DNA of 61,294 bases, the filler included, from Methanobacteriota archaeon (GTDB lineage: Archaea > JACRDV01): the NCBI GenBank assembly GCA_024860865.1. It is 5 parts of 5 records of this genome, joined end to end, with 100 filler letters (N's around TTAATTAATTAA, not from the genome) between each part and the next. Parts side by side here need not be neighbours in the genome. Positions count along the whole stretch, not along the records: positions 16,813 to 32,553 come from JACRDV010000049.1; positions 32,654 to 41,343 come from JACRDV010000054.1; positions 41,444 to 50,445 come from JACRDV010000053.1; 2 more parts are not named here. One strand, written 5' to 3'. Positions within the stretch are counted from its first letter, which is position 1. Each line of letters begins with the position of its first letter. A program made the position numbers and the translations under genes. Below the pieces are notes generated by a model. It searched no databases and was not told the DNA's origin. It was given only the letters and a program-made list of their open reading frames with translations. Shown in pieces: positions 32,028 to 42,567 of this stretch.

Positions 32028-32553
32028 TTGAATCCCCCGTTTAATGCTACTTGAAGGCAATTAGATGTTGATACGAATGCCACGTCGGTTTTGCAAAGAG
32101 AAGGTGCATAGTGAGCAGCTTTTGCTGAATTTGTAACTATATTTTTGATTCCTAACTCTTCCACAGGTGAAACAATCATACAGGTATCACAAAGGACTTT
32201 TCCGCCAGCTTTTTCGATGACCTCAACCTCATATTTTGCTTTTTCTTTTATAGCTCTTGAAGTGCAAACCCAAAGTTGAGTTTTCACGCGCTTTCCCCTC
32301 AGTTCATTTGCAATAGCACTTAGTTCTTTTGCCGAGCAGTGAGGACAACCAATTGCTACTAAATCAATATTCTTTGGTCTAGAAGAAGTTAATTTTTCGT
32401 ATGTTTTATCTATTTCAGCTTTACTAACTGTAACTCGCTCGATTTGTTTCTCTTTAAAGATTTTTTTCTCTAATTTAGCTTCCGGTGTTTCACCGAGTAC
32501 ATGGTAAAGCGCAATAGCTCCCCCGGCTGCAAGTGCAGCGCCTAATGCTTTAT
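32024..32553 (-). CDS. Aconitase X large subunit (DUF521), 5' partial
   Basis: [10 protein letters not shown]...[32 protein letters not shown]. Confidence 0.88.
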
Positions 32554-32653
32554 NNNNNNNNNNNNNNNNNNNNNNNNNNNNNNNNNNNNNNNNNNNNTTA
32601 ATTAATTAANNNNNNNNNNNNNNNNNNNNNNNNNNNNNNNNNNNNNNNNNNNN
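32554..32653. other. Artificial contig linker
   Basis: N-run with TTAATTAATTAA. Confidence 0.99.
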
Positions 32654-32853
32654 TAAATGAAGATTTAAGCGATTATATCTGCAAATTTGCTTATGGAAAA
32701 GAGCAGGCAACATTTGTTTGTGAAAGTACACTTGTTCCAGGGAAAGTAATAGAAAGTGGTTTAGGGCATCCTGCCTTTACTAAAGTACTCGAAGAATATC
32801 TAAGAAGTAAGGGAGCAAAAATAATAATTTTAACTGAAGAAGAAAAGACTTAA
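32654..32853 (+). CDS. Hypothetical protein, tandem paralog of 32913-33152, 5' partial
   Basis: NEDLSDYICKFAYGKEQATFVCESTLVPGKVIESGLGHPAF...EEEKT*. Confidence 0.7.
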
Positions 32854-32912
32854 TTTTAGCAAAATTTACATTTCTTTAACCATGTTAAACAATTTATTAA
32901 AGAGAGACCAAC

Positions 32913-33152
32913 ATGGCCAATAAAAAAGATAACCAAACTAGAAATCTCAAAATAAATGAAGATTTAAGCGATTATATCTGCAAATTTGCTTATGGAAAAG
33001 AGCAGGCAACATTTGTTTGTGAAAGTACACTTGTTCCGGGGAAAGTTATAGATAGCAACTTAGGTCAACCTACTTTTGTTAAAGTTATCGAAGAAGATTT
33101 AAGAAAAAGAGGCGCAAAGATAGTCATTCTAACTGAAAAAGAAAAGGCCTAA
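32913..33152 (+). CDS. Hypothetical 79-aa protein
   Basis: ORF whose paralog directly upstream keeps the same frame, which supports coding status. Confidence 0.75.
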   Translation: MANKKDNQTRNLKINEDLSDYICKFAYGKEQATFVCESTLVPGKVIDSNLGQPTFVKVIEEDLRKRGAKIVILTEKEKA

Positions 33153-33237
33153 GTTTACCATTTACCACATCTTAAACTGTATTATAAATTCTAAATAATG
33201 ATAATTATTTATCCTTCAAGTATTATTTTTTCTTGGT

Positions 33238-33822
33238 GTGAATTTGCGCACGGCTAGTGTTGAAAGAAAAACTAAAGAAACTGAAATTAAAATTAATCTC
33301 CATTTAGATGGGCAAGGTAAAACTCAAATTAAAACCGGAGTTAATTTTTTAGATCACATGTTAGAGTCTTTTGCTAAACATGGAATTTTTGACTTAAATG
33401 TCGAGGCCAAAGAAGTAACCAGCCAACATCACTTAGTTGAGGATATAGCAATAGCCTTTGGGCAAGCCTTTGATAAAGCGCTTGGCGATCGATCTGACAT
33501 AAATCGATTTGGGCATGCTATTATTCCGATGGATGACGCGTTAGTTGTGCTTGCAGTAGATATAGGTGGCAGGAGTCATGTGATATACGATGTACCTTTA
33601 GAGAGTGAAAAAATTGATGACTTAGAAGCTAATTTAGTTTCTCACTTTATTGAATCATTTGCAGCACAAATTAAAGCAAACATTCATGTTAGCCTAATCT
33701 ATGGCGAGAAAGACCACCACATAGTTGAAGCATTGTTCAAAGCGCTTGGCCAAGCTCTTGAAATGGCAACTAGGATTAATCCACGAAAAAAAGGAATTCC
33801 AAGCACAAAAGAGATAATCTAA
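33238..33822 (+). CDS. hisB: Imidazoleglycerol-phosphate dehydratase
   Basis: RKTKET, FLDHML, HHLVED, PMDD, HHIVEALFKA, PSTK. Confidence 0.95.
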   Translation: MNLRTASVERKTKETEIKINLHLDGQGKTQIKTGVNFLDHMLESFAKHGIFDLNVEAKEVTSQHHLVEDIAIAFGQAFDKALGDRSDINRFGHAIIPMDDALVVLAVDIGGRSHVIYDVPLESEKIDDLEANLVSHFIESFAAQIKANIHVSLIYGEKDHHIVEALFKALGQALEMATRINPRKKGIPSTKEII

Positions 33823-33826
33823 TTTT

Positions 33827-35503
33827 TCATTGTGCTCTTTCTAATTTTTCACGCATTTTTCTGATTGAAGTTTCGTCAACTTTATTAAATAATATTGTCG
33901 GCTCCATTATTTTATGTCCCGAAGGAATTTGATTTAGCGCTTCTTCCCAGGTTTGCTCATGAATACTTCCAGGTTGATTTAATAGGCTCCATATTTTTTC
34001 CGCTGTAAATGGAAGAAAGGGCTCTAACAAAATAGCAAGTGCCTTAGTTATTTGTATAGAAACGAAAAGAGCATTAGCCGCTATCTCCGGGTTAGTTTTG
34101 ATAGTTTTCCACGGTTCTTTATCATTTATGTATTTATTCCCAACTCGCGCTATTTCAAGCACGGTTGAAAGTGCAGCCTGAAGTTTAAATTTTTCTATGT
34201 TAGATGCAACTTCCTTTTGTTTAGTTTTAATTAACTCTAAGACTTGTCTATCATAATCATCAAATTCACTTGGTTTAGGCACGGTTGCATTAAAATAGCG
34301 GTAGATAAACACTAGCGTTCTGTGCAGGAAATTTCCTATTGTATCATTTAAATCTGAATTTACTTTTTCAATAAATGTTTGCCATGTAAAACTAGCATCT
34401 TTAGTTTCTGGTCTAATAGAAATCAAAACATATCTCCAATAATCAGTTGGAAACATATCTAATGCTTCATCAATCCAGACCCCAATTCTCCGGCTTTTTG
34501 AGAATTTTTGTCCTTGAATCATTAAGAATTCAGTAGAATTTACAGCCCAAGGCAAAACATAGCCTTTTTTAGCAGCCATCAATAAAGCAGGGAATATCAG
34601 GGTATGGAATGGTATGTTATCCTTCGCTATGAAATATAGCGTTCTAGTTGAGCTATCTAACCAACGTTCTTTCCACTTGTCCAACCTACCTTTATTTTGG
34701 AAATACTCCACAGTCGCTGAAATGTACCCCAACACAGCTTCCATCCAAACATAAATGGTTTTGTCTTCAGCACCTGGAAATGGTGCAGGGATACCCCACG
34801 CACTATCGCGAGTTAGTGAGCGCGGCCTTAATCCCTCTTTTATCAAGTTTAAGCTGAAATTTATTGCATTTTCAGATAAGTTCTCATTTTGAACAATATA
34901 GTTGTATAATTCTTCAGAAAATTTAGGCAAATCAAAGTACCAATGTTTTGTTACTTTCGGTATAGGTGTAGTTCGACAGATTACACAATATGGAGTTATT
35001 AATTTGACAGCTTCTAAAAGACGCCCGCATTCATCACATTGATCCCCGCGCGCTTCTTCATATCCACAATGTGGGCACTTACCTTCTACAAATCTATCCG
35101 GTAAAAATCGATTGCATTTTGGGCAGAAAAATAACTCAGTATCTTCAGTGAATATATATCCATTTTTTTGGACTTCTAGATAAAATTCTCGTACAAACTT
35201 CTTATGAATTTCATTTTCTGTGCGAGTATAATTGTCGAAGGATATTCCCCATTTTTGAATAAGTTCTTTGACTTTTTTGTGATTCTTATCTGTCAGTGCT
35301 TTAGGGTCCATTCCTTGTCTTACAGCTTCAACTTCAATAGGGGTTCCGTGTTCATCCGACCCGCTTACGAATACTATGTCTTCCCCTTTTAACCGCAAGT
35401 ACCTCGCAACTATATCTGCTGATAACATCGAACCAATCATAGTTCCTAGGTGTGGCATATAGTTAATATACGGCCAAGCCGCTGTGACTACCCATTTTAC
35501 CAT
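33827..35503 (-). CDS. metG: Methionyl-tRNA synthetase (short form, no C-terminal OB domain)
   Basis: AWPYIN..PHLG, GSDEHG, Zn knuckles, KDNIPFH, KFSKS. Confidence 0.97.
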   Translation of the reverse strand: MVKWVVTAAWPYINYMPHLGTMIGSMLSADIVARYLRLKGEDIVFVSGSDEHGTPIEVEAVRQGMDPKALTDKNHKKVKELIQKWGISFDNYTRTENEIHKKFVREFYLEVQKNGYIFTEDTELFFCPKCNRFLPDRFVEGKCPHCGYEEARGDQCDECGRLLEAVKLITPYCVICRTTPIPKVTKHWYFDLPKFSEELYNYIVQNENLSENAINFSLNLIKEGLRPRSLTRDSAWGIPAPFPGAEDKTIYVWMEAVLGYISATVEYFQNKGRLDKWKERWLDSSTRTLYFIAKDNIPFHTLIFPALLMAAKKGYVLPWAVNSTEFLMIQGQKFSKSRRIGVWIDEALDMFPTDYWRYVLISIRPETKDASFTWQTFIEKVNSDLNDTIGNFLHRTLVFIYRYFNATVPKPSEFDDYDRQVLELIKTKQKEVASNIEKFKLQAALSTVLEIARVGNKYINDKEPWKTIKTNPEIAANALFVSIQITKALAILLEPFLPFTAEKIWSLLNQPGSIHEQTWEEALNQIPSGHKIMEPTILFNKVDETSIRKMREKLERAQ

Positions 35504-35722
35504 TTTCTCACTTTTCTGTTTTTAGTTTAAACTACTCTACTTACTTTTGTGACATAATCGTGATAATTCTTAGATAAACATAAATAAATTGCTCTATTTT
35601 ACCTTTTCAGGCAGAGATTGACCGAAAGTATTATTGAGATACAAGTTAATCAATTTAGATAAATTTAGATGTTTAAAATAAAGCGCTAAAGCATTAATGA
35701 AATAAAGCTTTTATTTTCTAAT

Positions 35723-36106
35723 TTGATAGAGAGTTGTTTAAAAAGAATTAAAGAGCTAATTAAATTGCAACAGCAAAAAACTGAGATCGCTTCGATACAG
35801 GATTTTGAAAAACTTGATATTAGAGTAGGACAAATCCAAATGGCCGAGGCAGTTAAAGGCTCAACTAAACTCTTGCGGTTAGAGATAAATATCGGAGAAA
35901 AAACTATCCAAACAGTGGCAGGAATTGCTGCTGCTTATAATAAAGAGGAACTTTTTAATAAAAAAGTAGCTGTCCTGACCAATCTTCAACCAACAGAGAT
36001 ATTTGGAGTTCTTTCTGAATGTATGGTTTTAGCAGCAATCGAAGATAAAAATATAGTTTTGTTAGTTCCAGACAAAAACGTCAAAATAGGAGCTAAGATT
36101 AGATAA
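35723..36106 (+). CDS. Stand-alone tRNA-binding OB-fold protein (MetRS C-terminal/Trbp111-like)
   Basis: DFEKLDIRVG, KLL, VAGI, NLQP..IFGV.SE.M; divergent from metG. Confidence 0.85.
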   Translation: MIESCLKRIKELIKLQQQKTEIASIQDFEKLDIRVGQIQMAEAVKGSTKLLRLEINIGEKTIQTVAGIAAAYNKEELFNKKVAVLTNLQPTEIFGVLSECMVLAAIEDKNIVLLVPDKNVKIGAKIR

Positions 36107-36126
36107 TTAGAATTTTTGGTGTAATT

Positions 36127-37149
36127 ATGAAAACGAGAGTTGCAGTTATTGGTGCAACCGGTTATACTGGCGGAGAGCTTCTTAGATTTTTAGTTATCCA
36201 TCCTAAAGTAGAAATAAGAGCGATTACTTCTCGCGAGCCGAGTAAATTAATTTATGATGTTCATCCTGCTTTGCGAGGATTTAGTAACATAAAATTCGAA
36301 AATATTTCCCCTAAAGAAGTTTCCGAGCGCGTAGAATTTGTGTTCGTTGCAACTCCACACGGAGTTTCCATGGAAGTAGTTCCAGATTTAATTAGCAACG
36401 GGGTTCGAGTGGTTGATTTGAGCGCAGATTATAGACTTGATGACGTTTCAATTTTCGAGAGAACGTATGGAATAAAACATAAAAATCCAACCTATAAAGC
36501 AGTTTACGGCTTACCAGAACTCCATAGAGATGAAATTAGAAAGGCAAAGTTAGTGGCAAATCCAGGATGTTTCCCAACTGGAGCAATTTTAGCTGCTGCA
36601 CCAGCAGTTGAAGCTGGGATTGTTGAGCATGTAATATTCGATTCTAAAACAGGGAGTTCGGGGGCAGGACGCACTCCTTCTGAATTTACTCACCACCCAG
36701 AGTTAGATGAGAATGTGAAAGCATACAAAGTGGCTACTCACCGGCATGCTCCAGAAATGGAACAGGAGCTAAATAAGCTTGGAAAAGTGAAGGTTTCCTT
36801 TACTCCACATTTAGTTCCAGTTATTAGGGGAATTCTAACAACATCTCATTTACTTTTGAGCAAAGAAATTTCTAGTCAAGATCTACAGAAAATGTACTTT
36901 GATTATTATAGGGATGAACCATTCGTCAGAGTGCTCAATTTTAAAGAGCTGCCCTCACTAAGCTCGGTAAAAGGCTCGAATTTCTGCGATATTGGTTGCT
37001 TTGAAATCGATACTACTGGCAGAGCCATTGTAATTTCAGCAATTGATAACCTTGTAAAGGGAGCCTCAGGGCAAGCTATACAAAATATGAACATAATGTT
37101 AGGCTTTGATGAAACACTTGGACTAATGTTACCTGGTCTCCGGCCGTGA
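36127..37149 (+). CDS. argC: N-acetyl-gamma-glutamyl-phosphate reductase
   Basis: GATGYTG, DLSADYR, NPGCFPT, DNLVKGASGQA. Confidence 0.96.
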   Translation: MKTRVAVIGATGYTGGELLRFLVIHPKVEIRAITSREPSKLIYDVHPALRGFSNIKFENISPKEVSERVEFVFVATPHGVSMEVVPDLISNGVRVVDLSADYRLDDVSIFERTYGIKHKNPTYKAVYGLPELHRDEIRKAKLVANPGCFPTGAILAAAPAVEAGIVEHVIFDSKTGSSGAGRTPSEFTHHPELDENVKAYKVATHRHAPEMEQELNKLGKVKVSFTPHLVPVIRGILTTSHLLLSKEISSQDLQKMYFDYYRDEPFVRVLNFKELPSLSSVKGSNFCDIGCFEIDTTGRAIVISAIDNLVKGASGQAIQNMNIMLGFDETLGLMLPGLRP

Positions 37150-37153
37150 TATT

Positions 37154-38377
37154 ATGGAGGTAATAAGCGGTGGAATAGTTGCAACTGCCGGAATTAAGGC
37201 AGCCGGAATTAAAACAGATAAAATTGGAGTTGCAATTATTACTAACGAAGGTGGGCCAGCAACAGCAGTTGGAGCTTTTACTACAAACAAAGTGAAAGCA
37301 GCACCAGTTGAAGTTACAGCAAAAAAGATTAGAAAAGGAAAAATTTCAGCAATTGTTGCAAACTCTGGTTGTGCAAATGCTTTTACTGGTGAACTCGGTC
37401 TAAAGAATGCTCACAAAATGGCAGAAATTTTAGCGAGAGAATTAAATCTAAATGCTGAAGAAATTGCAGTTGCATCAACAGGCATAATTGGCAGACAACT
37501 TCCATTAGATACAATTGAAGAAAAAATTAAAATTCTATCAAAACAATTGAGTTCAACTCCTGAAGCTAGTCTAAATGCTGCAAAAGCAATTATGACTACT
37601 GATAAATTTCCAAAGGAAATCGCTGTTAAAACAGTTCTTGAGGATGGAACTGAAATCCACATTGGCGGGATTGCAAAAGGCGCAGGGATGATTGGCCCCA
37701 GGTTAAAGACGGCTACTATGCTCTGTTTTTTAACAACTGATGCAGCAATTTCTAGAGCAGCTCTCAAGCGATCTCTTCAAGAGGCACTTGGTCAAAGCCT
37801 GAATATGGCAGTAGTTGAGGGCGATTTAAGTACAAATGATGCTGTTTTGTTGCTCGCAAATGGTAGAGCTAAAAATCAAATGATTAAAGTGCGAAGCGAA
37901 AAATTCCAGGAAGCTTTAAACTATGTCACACAAGAGATTGCTAAAATGATAATTAAGAATGCGGAAGGGGCAACGAAATTTATTGAAGTGCAGGTTTTGA
38001 ATGCAAGAACGAAGATCGATGCAAAGAAAATTGCGCTTGCTATAGTTGGGTCACCATTAGTTAAAGCTGCTTTTTTTGGAGAAGATCCAAACTGGGGTAG
38101 AATTGCAGCAGCTGCTGGAAGTGTAAGCGCAGCCATGATTCCTGAAAAACTTTCGATTACATATGAAAATTCTAAGGGGCAGATCGCAAAAGCGGTAGAA
38201 AAAGGAAAAATAATTGTTAACGAAGGGACCAGGGAGCTTTTACTAGCAAGAGAATTGTTGAAAGATAAAGAACTAAAAGTATTGGTTGATTTAGGCATTG
38301 GTAAATCCAAAGCAATTGCTTGGGGCTGTGATTTAAGTTACGATTACATAAAAGCTAATGCTGTTTTCACTACTTAG
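37154..38377 (+). CDS. argJ: Ornithine acetyltransferase ArgJ
   Basis: NSGCANA, STGIIG, KGAGMI.P...ATML, D.STND, DPNWGRI. Confidence 0.95.
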   Translation: MEVISGGIVATAGIKAAGIKTDKIGVAIITNEGGPATAVGAFTTNKVKAAPVEVTAKKIRKGKISAIVANSGCANAFTGELGLKNAHKMAEILARELNLNAEEIAVASTGIIGRQLPLDTIEEKIKILSKQLSSTPEASLNAAKAIMTTDKFPKEIAVKTVLEDGTEIHIGGIAKGAGMIGPRLKTATMLCFLTTDAAISRAALKRSLQEALGQSLNMAVVEGDLSTNDAVLLLANGRAKNQMIKVRSEKFQEALNYVTQEIAKMIIKNAEGATKFIEVQVLNARTKIDAKKIALAIVGSPLVKAAFFGEDPNWGRIAAAAGSVSAAMIPEKLSITYENSKGQIAKAVEKGKIIVNEGTRELLLARELLKDKELKVLVDLGIGKSKAIAWGCDLSYDYIKANAVFTT

Positions 38378-39268
38378 GTGGAGAATTTGTCTGTTACTTT
38401 AATTAAACCCGTAATTTTTCCGACTGAAATGCTGCGCGAAAGATTTGTTGTGATTAAAATAGGCGGTCATGCATTAGAAAAAAAAGAAGCTAGAGAGTGG
38501 GTGGCGCAGGATGTTATTCTACTTAGAGTTAGAGGACTCAAACCTGTAATTGTACATGGAGGTGGCCCTGAAATTTCCGATATTATGAAAAAACTCGGAA
38601 AAGAACCCACTTTTGTTGAAGGGTTAAGGGTCACGGATGAAGAAACAATGGATTTAGTTGAGATGACTCTAATTGGAAAAGTTAATACAGAGATAGTGAG
38701 CGCAATCCAGAAATTTGGTGGCAAAGCTGTTGGGCTCTCTGGTAAAGATGCAGCTATGCTTCGATCTAGCAGACAACCTCCAAAAAGTATTGTGACAGAG
38801 AGCGGCGAGGAAAAAGTAGTTGATCTAGGTTTAGTCGGAGAAATTGAAGAAATAAATACATCAATAATTGAAGTTTTATGTAACCACGGTTATATTCCAG
38901 TTGTTGCTCCAATTGGGATTAACAGCGAGGGTAAAAGCCTTAACATTAATGCAGATATTGCTGCAGGTGAAATCGCAGCTGTATTAGAAGCAACTAAACT
39001 GATAATATTAACCGATGTTCCTGGAGTATTAAGAGACCTAAAGAATAGAGAAAGTTTAATCAGCGAGCTAACAATAACTGAAGCAAAAAATTTGATTAAG
39101 GAAGGAATTGCCGGAGCAGGGATGGTCCCTAAAATCGATGCTTGCATTAGAGCGCTTGAAGGCGGAGTTGAGAAAGCGCATATAGTCGATGGTAAAATAC
39201 CACATGTAATCCTATCTGTATTTACTGAAAGGAGCATTGGAACAACTATCGTACCTGAGGGAGTCTAG
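38378..39268 (+). CDS. argB: Acetylglutamate kinase
   Basis: VIKIGG, VHGGGP, GLRVTD, NINAD, GMVPK. Confidence 0.95.
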   Translation: MENLSVTLIKPVIFPTEMLRERFVVIKIGGHALEKKEAREWVAQDVILLRVRGLKPVIVHGGGPEISDIMKKLGKEPTFVEGLRVTDEETMDLVEMTLIGKVNTEIVSAIQKFGGKAVGLSGKDAAMLRSSRQPPKSIVTESGEEKVVDLGLVGEIEEINTSIIEVLCNHGYIPVVAPIGINSEGKSLNINADIAAGEIAAVLEATKLIILTDVPGVLRDLKNRESLISELTITEAKNLIKEGIAGAGMVPKIDACIRALEGGVEKAHIVDGKIPHVILSVFTERSIGTTIVPEGV

Positions 39269-40494
39269 TGGTTGAAGTAAAAGAAATTGAACTCAAAGGG
39301 CATATTATTGATTCTCTTATTTTGCCAAAGGTATTCGATATTATAATGGATTTGCGTGGAGATTTTGAGGTCTTAGAATTTAACATAGGAAAAAAGAAAA
39401 CTGACTACAGTTTTGCTAGAATGTTGGTAAAGGGGAGGGATAGAGAACATCTAGATCGGATCCTTGGAGAGCTTCATAAACTTGGGGCAGGTGTTCCAGA
39501 GATAGAAGAGGTAGAGTTGATTCCAGCTCTAGCTGACAAGGTTTTGCCTGACAATTTTTATTCAACTACACATCACCCAACATATGTTAGAGTTGGAAAG
39601 AAGTTGATACCAGTTGAAAACATCGAGATGGATGGGGTTATTGTGGTTGATAAACAGCAAAATAAAGCCTTTTGCAAAAAAATAGGAAAAATTAAGCAAG
39701 GGGAATTAATTGTAGTTGGGTCAAAGGGAGTTAGAGTTGAGCCGCCCGAGCGCCCAAGAAGGGGTGTTGGTGTTTTCGAGTTTATGGGGAGCAGAATTTC
39801 GACAGAAAAACCATCAAAGTCTTTAGTTAAACACATTGCAAAAGAAATAATCACTGTGAAAAAAAAAGGCGGTAAAATTGCAGTTGTTGCCGGACCAGCT
39901 GTTATTCATACTGGAGCAGCGTCTCACTTAGCTGAGATGATAAAAGAAGGGATGGTCGATGCGTTGCTGGCTGGAAATGCGCTTGCAGTTCATGATGTTG
40001 AGCAGTCTTTATTTGGGACTTCCCTTGGAATGAACATTGAAACAGGTTTGCCTGCTGAGGCTGGCCACAGACACCACATCCGCGCAATAAATGAAATCAT
40101 GAAAACAGGATCTATTAAAGCAGCTGTTGAGAAAGGGATTTTAAAATCCGGCATTATGTACGAGTGTATAAGGAAAAATATTCCATTCGTTTTAGCTGGG
40201 TCGATTAGAGATGATGGCCCATTACCTGACGTGATAACTGATGTAACTCTTGCTCAGGAGAAAATGAGAGAAGCTCTGCGAAATACACAAATTGTTATTA
40301 TGTTAGCCAGCATTTTGCATGGAGTTGCAACTGGCAACATGTTGTCCTCGACAGTAAAAACTATTTTTGTAGACATTAATCCAGCTTCAGTTACAAAGTT
40401 AATGGACAGAGGGACAGCACAAGCACTTGGAATTGTAACTGATGTTGGGGTTTTCTTACCCATGTTGGTTGAGGAGCTCAGGAAATTGAAATAG
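39268..40494 (+). CDS. TIGR00300-family protein (methanogen-type ornithine cyclodeaminase-like)
   Basis: GHIIDS, FYSTTHHPT, EMD, GNALAVHD.E, LAGSIRDDGPLPD, KLMDRG; follows argCJB. Confidence 0.82.
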   Translation: MVEVKEIELKGHIIDSLILPKVFDIIMDLRGDFEVLEFNIGKKKTDYSFARMLVKGRDREHLDRILGELHKLGAGVPEIEEVELIPALADKVLPDNFYSTTHHPTYVRVGKKLIPVENIEMDGVIVVDKQQNKAFCKKIGKIKQGELIVVGSKGVRVEPPERPRRGVGVFEFMGSRISTEKPSKSLVKHIAKEIITVKKKGGKIAVVAGPAVIHTGAASHLAEMIKEGMVDALLAGNALAVHDVEQSLFGTSLGMNIETGLPAEAGHRHHIRAINEIMKTGSIKAAVEKGILKSGIMYECIRKNIPFVLAGSIRDDGPLPDVITDVTLAQEKMREALRNTQIVIMLASILHGVATGNMLSSTVKTIFVDINPASVTKLMDRGTAQALGIVTDVGVFLPMLVEELRKLK

Positions 40495-40553
40495 CTCTTT
40501 TCGATTTCAGGATGAAAGATAAACCAGTCATCAAAAAATCTAAAAAGTAAATA

Positions 40554-40676
40554 AATGTACCAAGTCCAGCTTGAATCAGGAGTGAAAAACTTTGCATGCA
40601 CGATTGGATCTTTCACATTCTCCTGCGAGTATAAGGGTGGAAGTTTTTTTCTCAGTTCCTCTGTCATTAATTCCAT
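40554..40676 (-). pseudogene. DUF2958-like N-terminal fragment
   Basis: LMTEELRKKLPPLYSQE...KFFTPDSSWTWY, after which similarity is lost. Confidence 0.6.
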
Positions 40677-40770
40677 GCTTTAGAAATTGGAATGATAGAA
40701 AATAAAAGTGAAGAGATAGTAGATTGCAAACTTTAGTTCAAAATGTTAACTTTATAAGTTTGTAAAACAA

Positions 40771-41082
40771 ATGTTATACAAGATGTTTTGTATGAAGGAA
40801 GAAACTATCGCTTTGAGGGTTGAACCGAAACTAAAGAGAGAAGTTGAGTTGATAGCGAAAGTATTGCACATCTCTCCTTCTGAATGGCTCAGAACAAGGA
40901 TGGCCTACGAAGTAAAGCATTTGGTTGAAGATCTGAAATCCCAGATAGTGTTGGAATATACGAAGGGGAACTTGACAAAAGAAGAACTCAAAGAACTATT
41001 CGGAAAGACTGCAGAAGATATAGATTTCATTGTAAAGAAGACAAGAAAAGACTTGCTGAAAGCAAGAAAGCTTGCGAAGTAA
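40771..41082 (+). CDS. Small RHH-like DNA-binding/antitoxin-like protein
   Basis: TIALRVEPKLKREVE...SEWLR pattern. Confidence 0.55.
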   Translation: MLYKMFCMKEETIALRVEPKLKREVELIAKVLHISPSEWLRTRMAYEVKHLVEDLKSQIVLEYTKGNLTKEELKELFGKTAEDIDFIVKKTRKDLLKARKLAK

Positions 41083-41084
41083 AG

Positions 41085-41300
41085 TCATGCAAATTCAGGA
41101 ATTGCAATTTCTTTTGGTGCAATGCCAAACTTCTTCGAAAAATTGACGACAGTTAATCCAACCAGTTTCCTTGATTTTGGATCATACCTAGCAAAAACCC
41201 CTTCTTCTATTTCTTCTCCCTCTGCTTTTATTGGCTCTCCAAAACTGATGTATACCACATCTGCTTCTTTGTCAAAGCTTATTGAGATTTTTCTTTCCAT
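41085..41300 (-). CDS. DUF2283-family protein
   Basis: FDKEADVVYISF...LVGLTVVNFS. Confidence 0.8.
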   Translation of the reverse strand: MERKISISFDKEADVVYISFGEPIKAEGEEIEEGVFARYDPKSRKLVGLTVVNFSKKFGIAPKEIAIPEFA

Positions 41301-41343
41301 AAATCAACACCTTATTTTTTGTCCTTACTTTCGAGACGAAAAA

Positions 41344-41443
41344 NNNNNNNNNNNNNNNNNNNNNNNNNNNNNNNNNNNNNNNNNNNNTTAATTAATTAAN
41401 NNNNNNNNNNNNNNNNNNNNNNNNNNNNNNNNNNNNNNNNNNN
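41344..41443. other. Artificial contig linker
   Basis: N-run with TTAATTAATTAA. Confidence 0.99.
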
Positions 41444-41716
41444 AAACCTTGGAAATTCTTCACTTCTTAGGAATTCAACAGCAGGGATTTGGTTTTTAGC
41501 AAAGGCCGATGAACTGGATAAAGAGACCCAGATTCTTAGGTTAAAAGCTGCCGAGGTACAAGAGATTCTCAGAAAGACTTCAGAATATCGCTGAGGTTAA
41601 TCTAACTATTTTCGTTCCATTCTTAGAGACATAAATCTCAGTGTTTTTAAACTGCTAATTTTTTATATTTGAGCGCTGTAATGTAGACAGGCAATTTTAG
41701 AATTAGCAGGGATATA

Positions 41717-42325
41717 ATGGAAATTATAGTTATTTCGCCCCATCCAGACGATTGTGTGCTCGGGTGTAGCGGAATTACAGCTCTCCACGCCGAAAAAGGC
41801 GATAACGTTCATGTTTTAATCCTATCAAATGGCGAAGGTGGCGGCAATCCTAAAATTCGAGTTAAAGAAGCAAAGGAATCTGCGAAAATTCTAAAGATTA
41901 AATCAATCAAATTTTTCGGATTGCCCGATGGAAAAATTTCAGATGATATTGATACTATTTCATTAATTGAAAAAGAAATAGAAAAAATTAAACCCCAAAG
42001 AGTTTATTCAAACTCCCTGCACGATAGGCACCAGGATCATAGGAACACATCTTTAGCATCCCTCTCAGCAGCGCGAGCAGTTCCAGAAATTTTTCTCTAC
42101 GAAACTCCGAGCACACTTTTTAATTTCTCTCCAACTATTTTTATTGATATCTCAAAGAGTATTGATTTAAAAATTCAAGCTATTAAAGCTCACAAATCTC
42201 AGATTAAAAAAGCGTACACAAAACCAGATGCAATTAGAGGACTCGCTCAATTTCGAGGGCATCAAAGCCGACTAACTTTTGCAGAAGCTTTCGAACTAGG
42301 GCATATTATAGTAAAAGAACTTTAG
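41717..42325 (+). CDS. PIG-L/LmbE family deacetylase
   Basis: SPHPDD, R..EA, HQDH, H.SQ, AEAF. Confidence 0.9.
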   Translation: MEIIVISPHPDDCVLGCSGITALHAEKGDNVHVLILSNGEGGGNPKIRVKEAKESAKILKIKSIKFFGLPDGKISDDIDTISLIEKEIEKIKPQRVYSNSLHDRHQDHRNTSLASLSAARAVPEIFLYETPSTLFNFSPTIFIDISKSIDLKIQAIKAHKSQIKKAYTKPDAIRGLAQFRGHQSRLTFAEAFELGHIIVKEL

Positions 42326-42360
42326 TTTTAACTTCAAAATTCTTTCAAAGGCTAAAAGCG

Positions 42361-42531
42361 CTAGTACGGCAGCATGTTCGGTATTCCATCTTCAATTGGA
42401 TATTTTTTGTTGCATTTTTTGCAGTAAAATTCGCCTTCTAGTATTTCATCGCTTTCTTCCTTAGCAACTTTTAAATCTAAATCGCCTTTGCAAATTGGAC
42501 AACATAGAATTTCGATTAAATCTTTCCTCAT
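42361..42531 (-). CDS. Trm112-family methyltransferase activator
   Basis: 56 aa, MRKDLIEILCCPICKGDL...C..C...YPIEDGIPNML; below the ORF-track cutoff. Confidence 0.88.
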   Translation of the reverse strand: MRKDLIEILCCPICKGDLDLKVAKEESDEILEGEFYCKKCNKKYPIEDGIPNMLPY

Positions 42532-42567
42532 AAATGATTCTCCAGCAATTACTCTTTTTTTGATATA

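Noticed and set aside
32739-33152. Diversity-generating retroelement TR/VR pair
   Set aside because: Differences involve all four bases rather than only adenines, and no reverse transcriptase is present.
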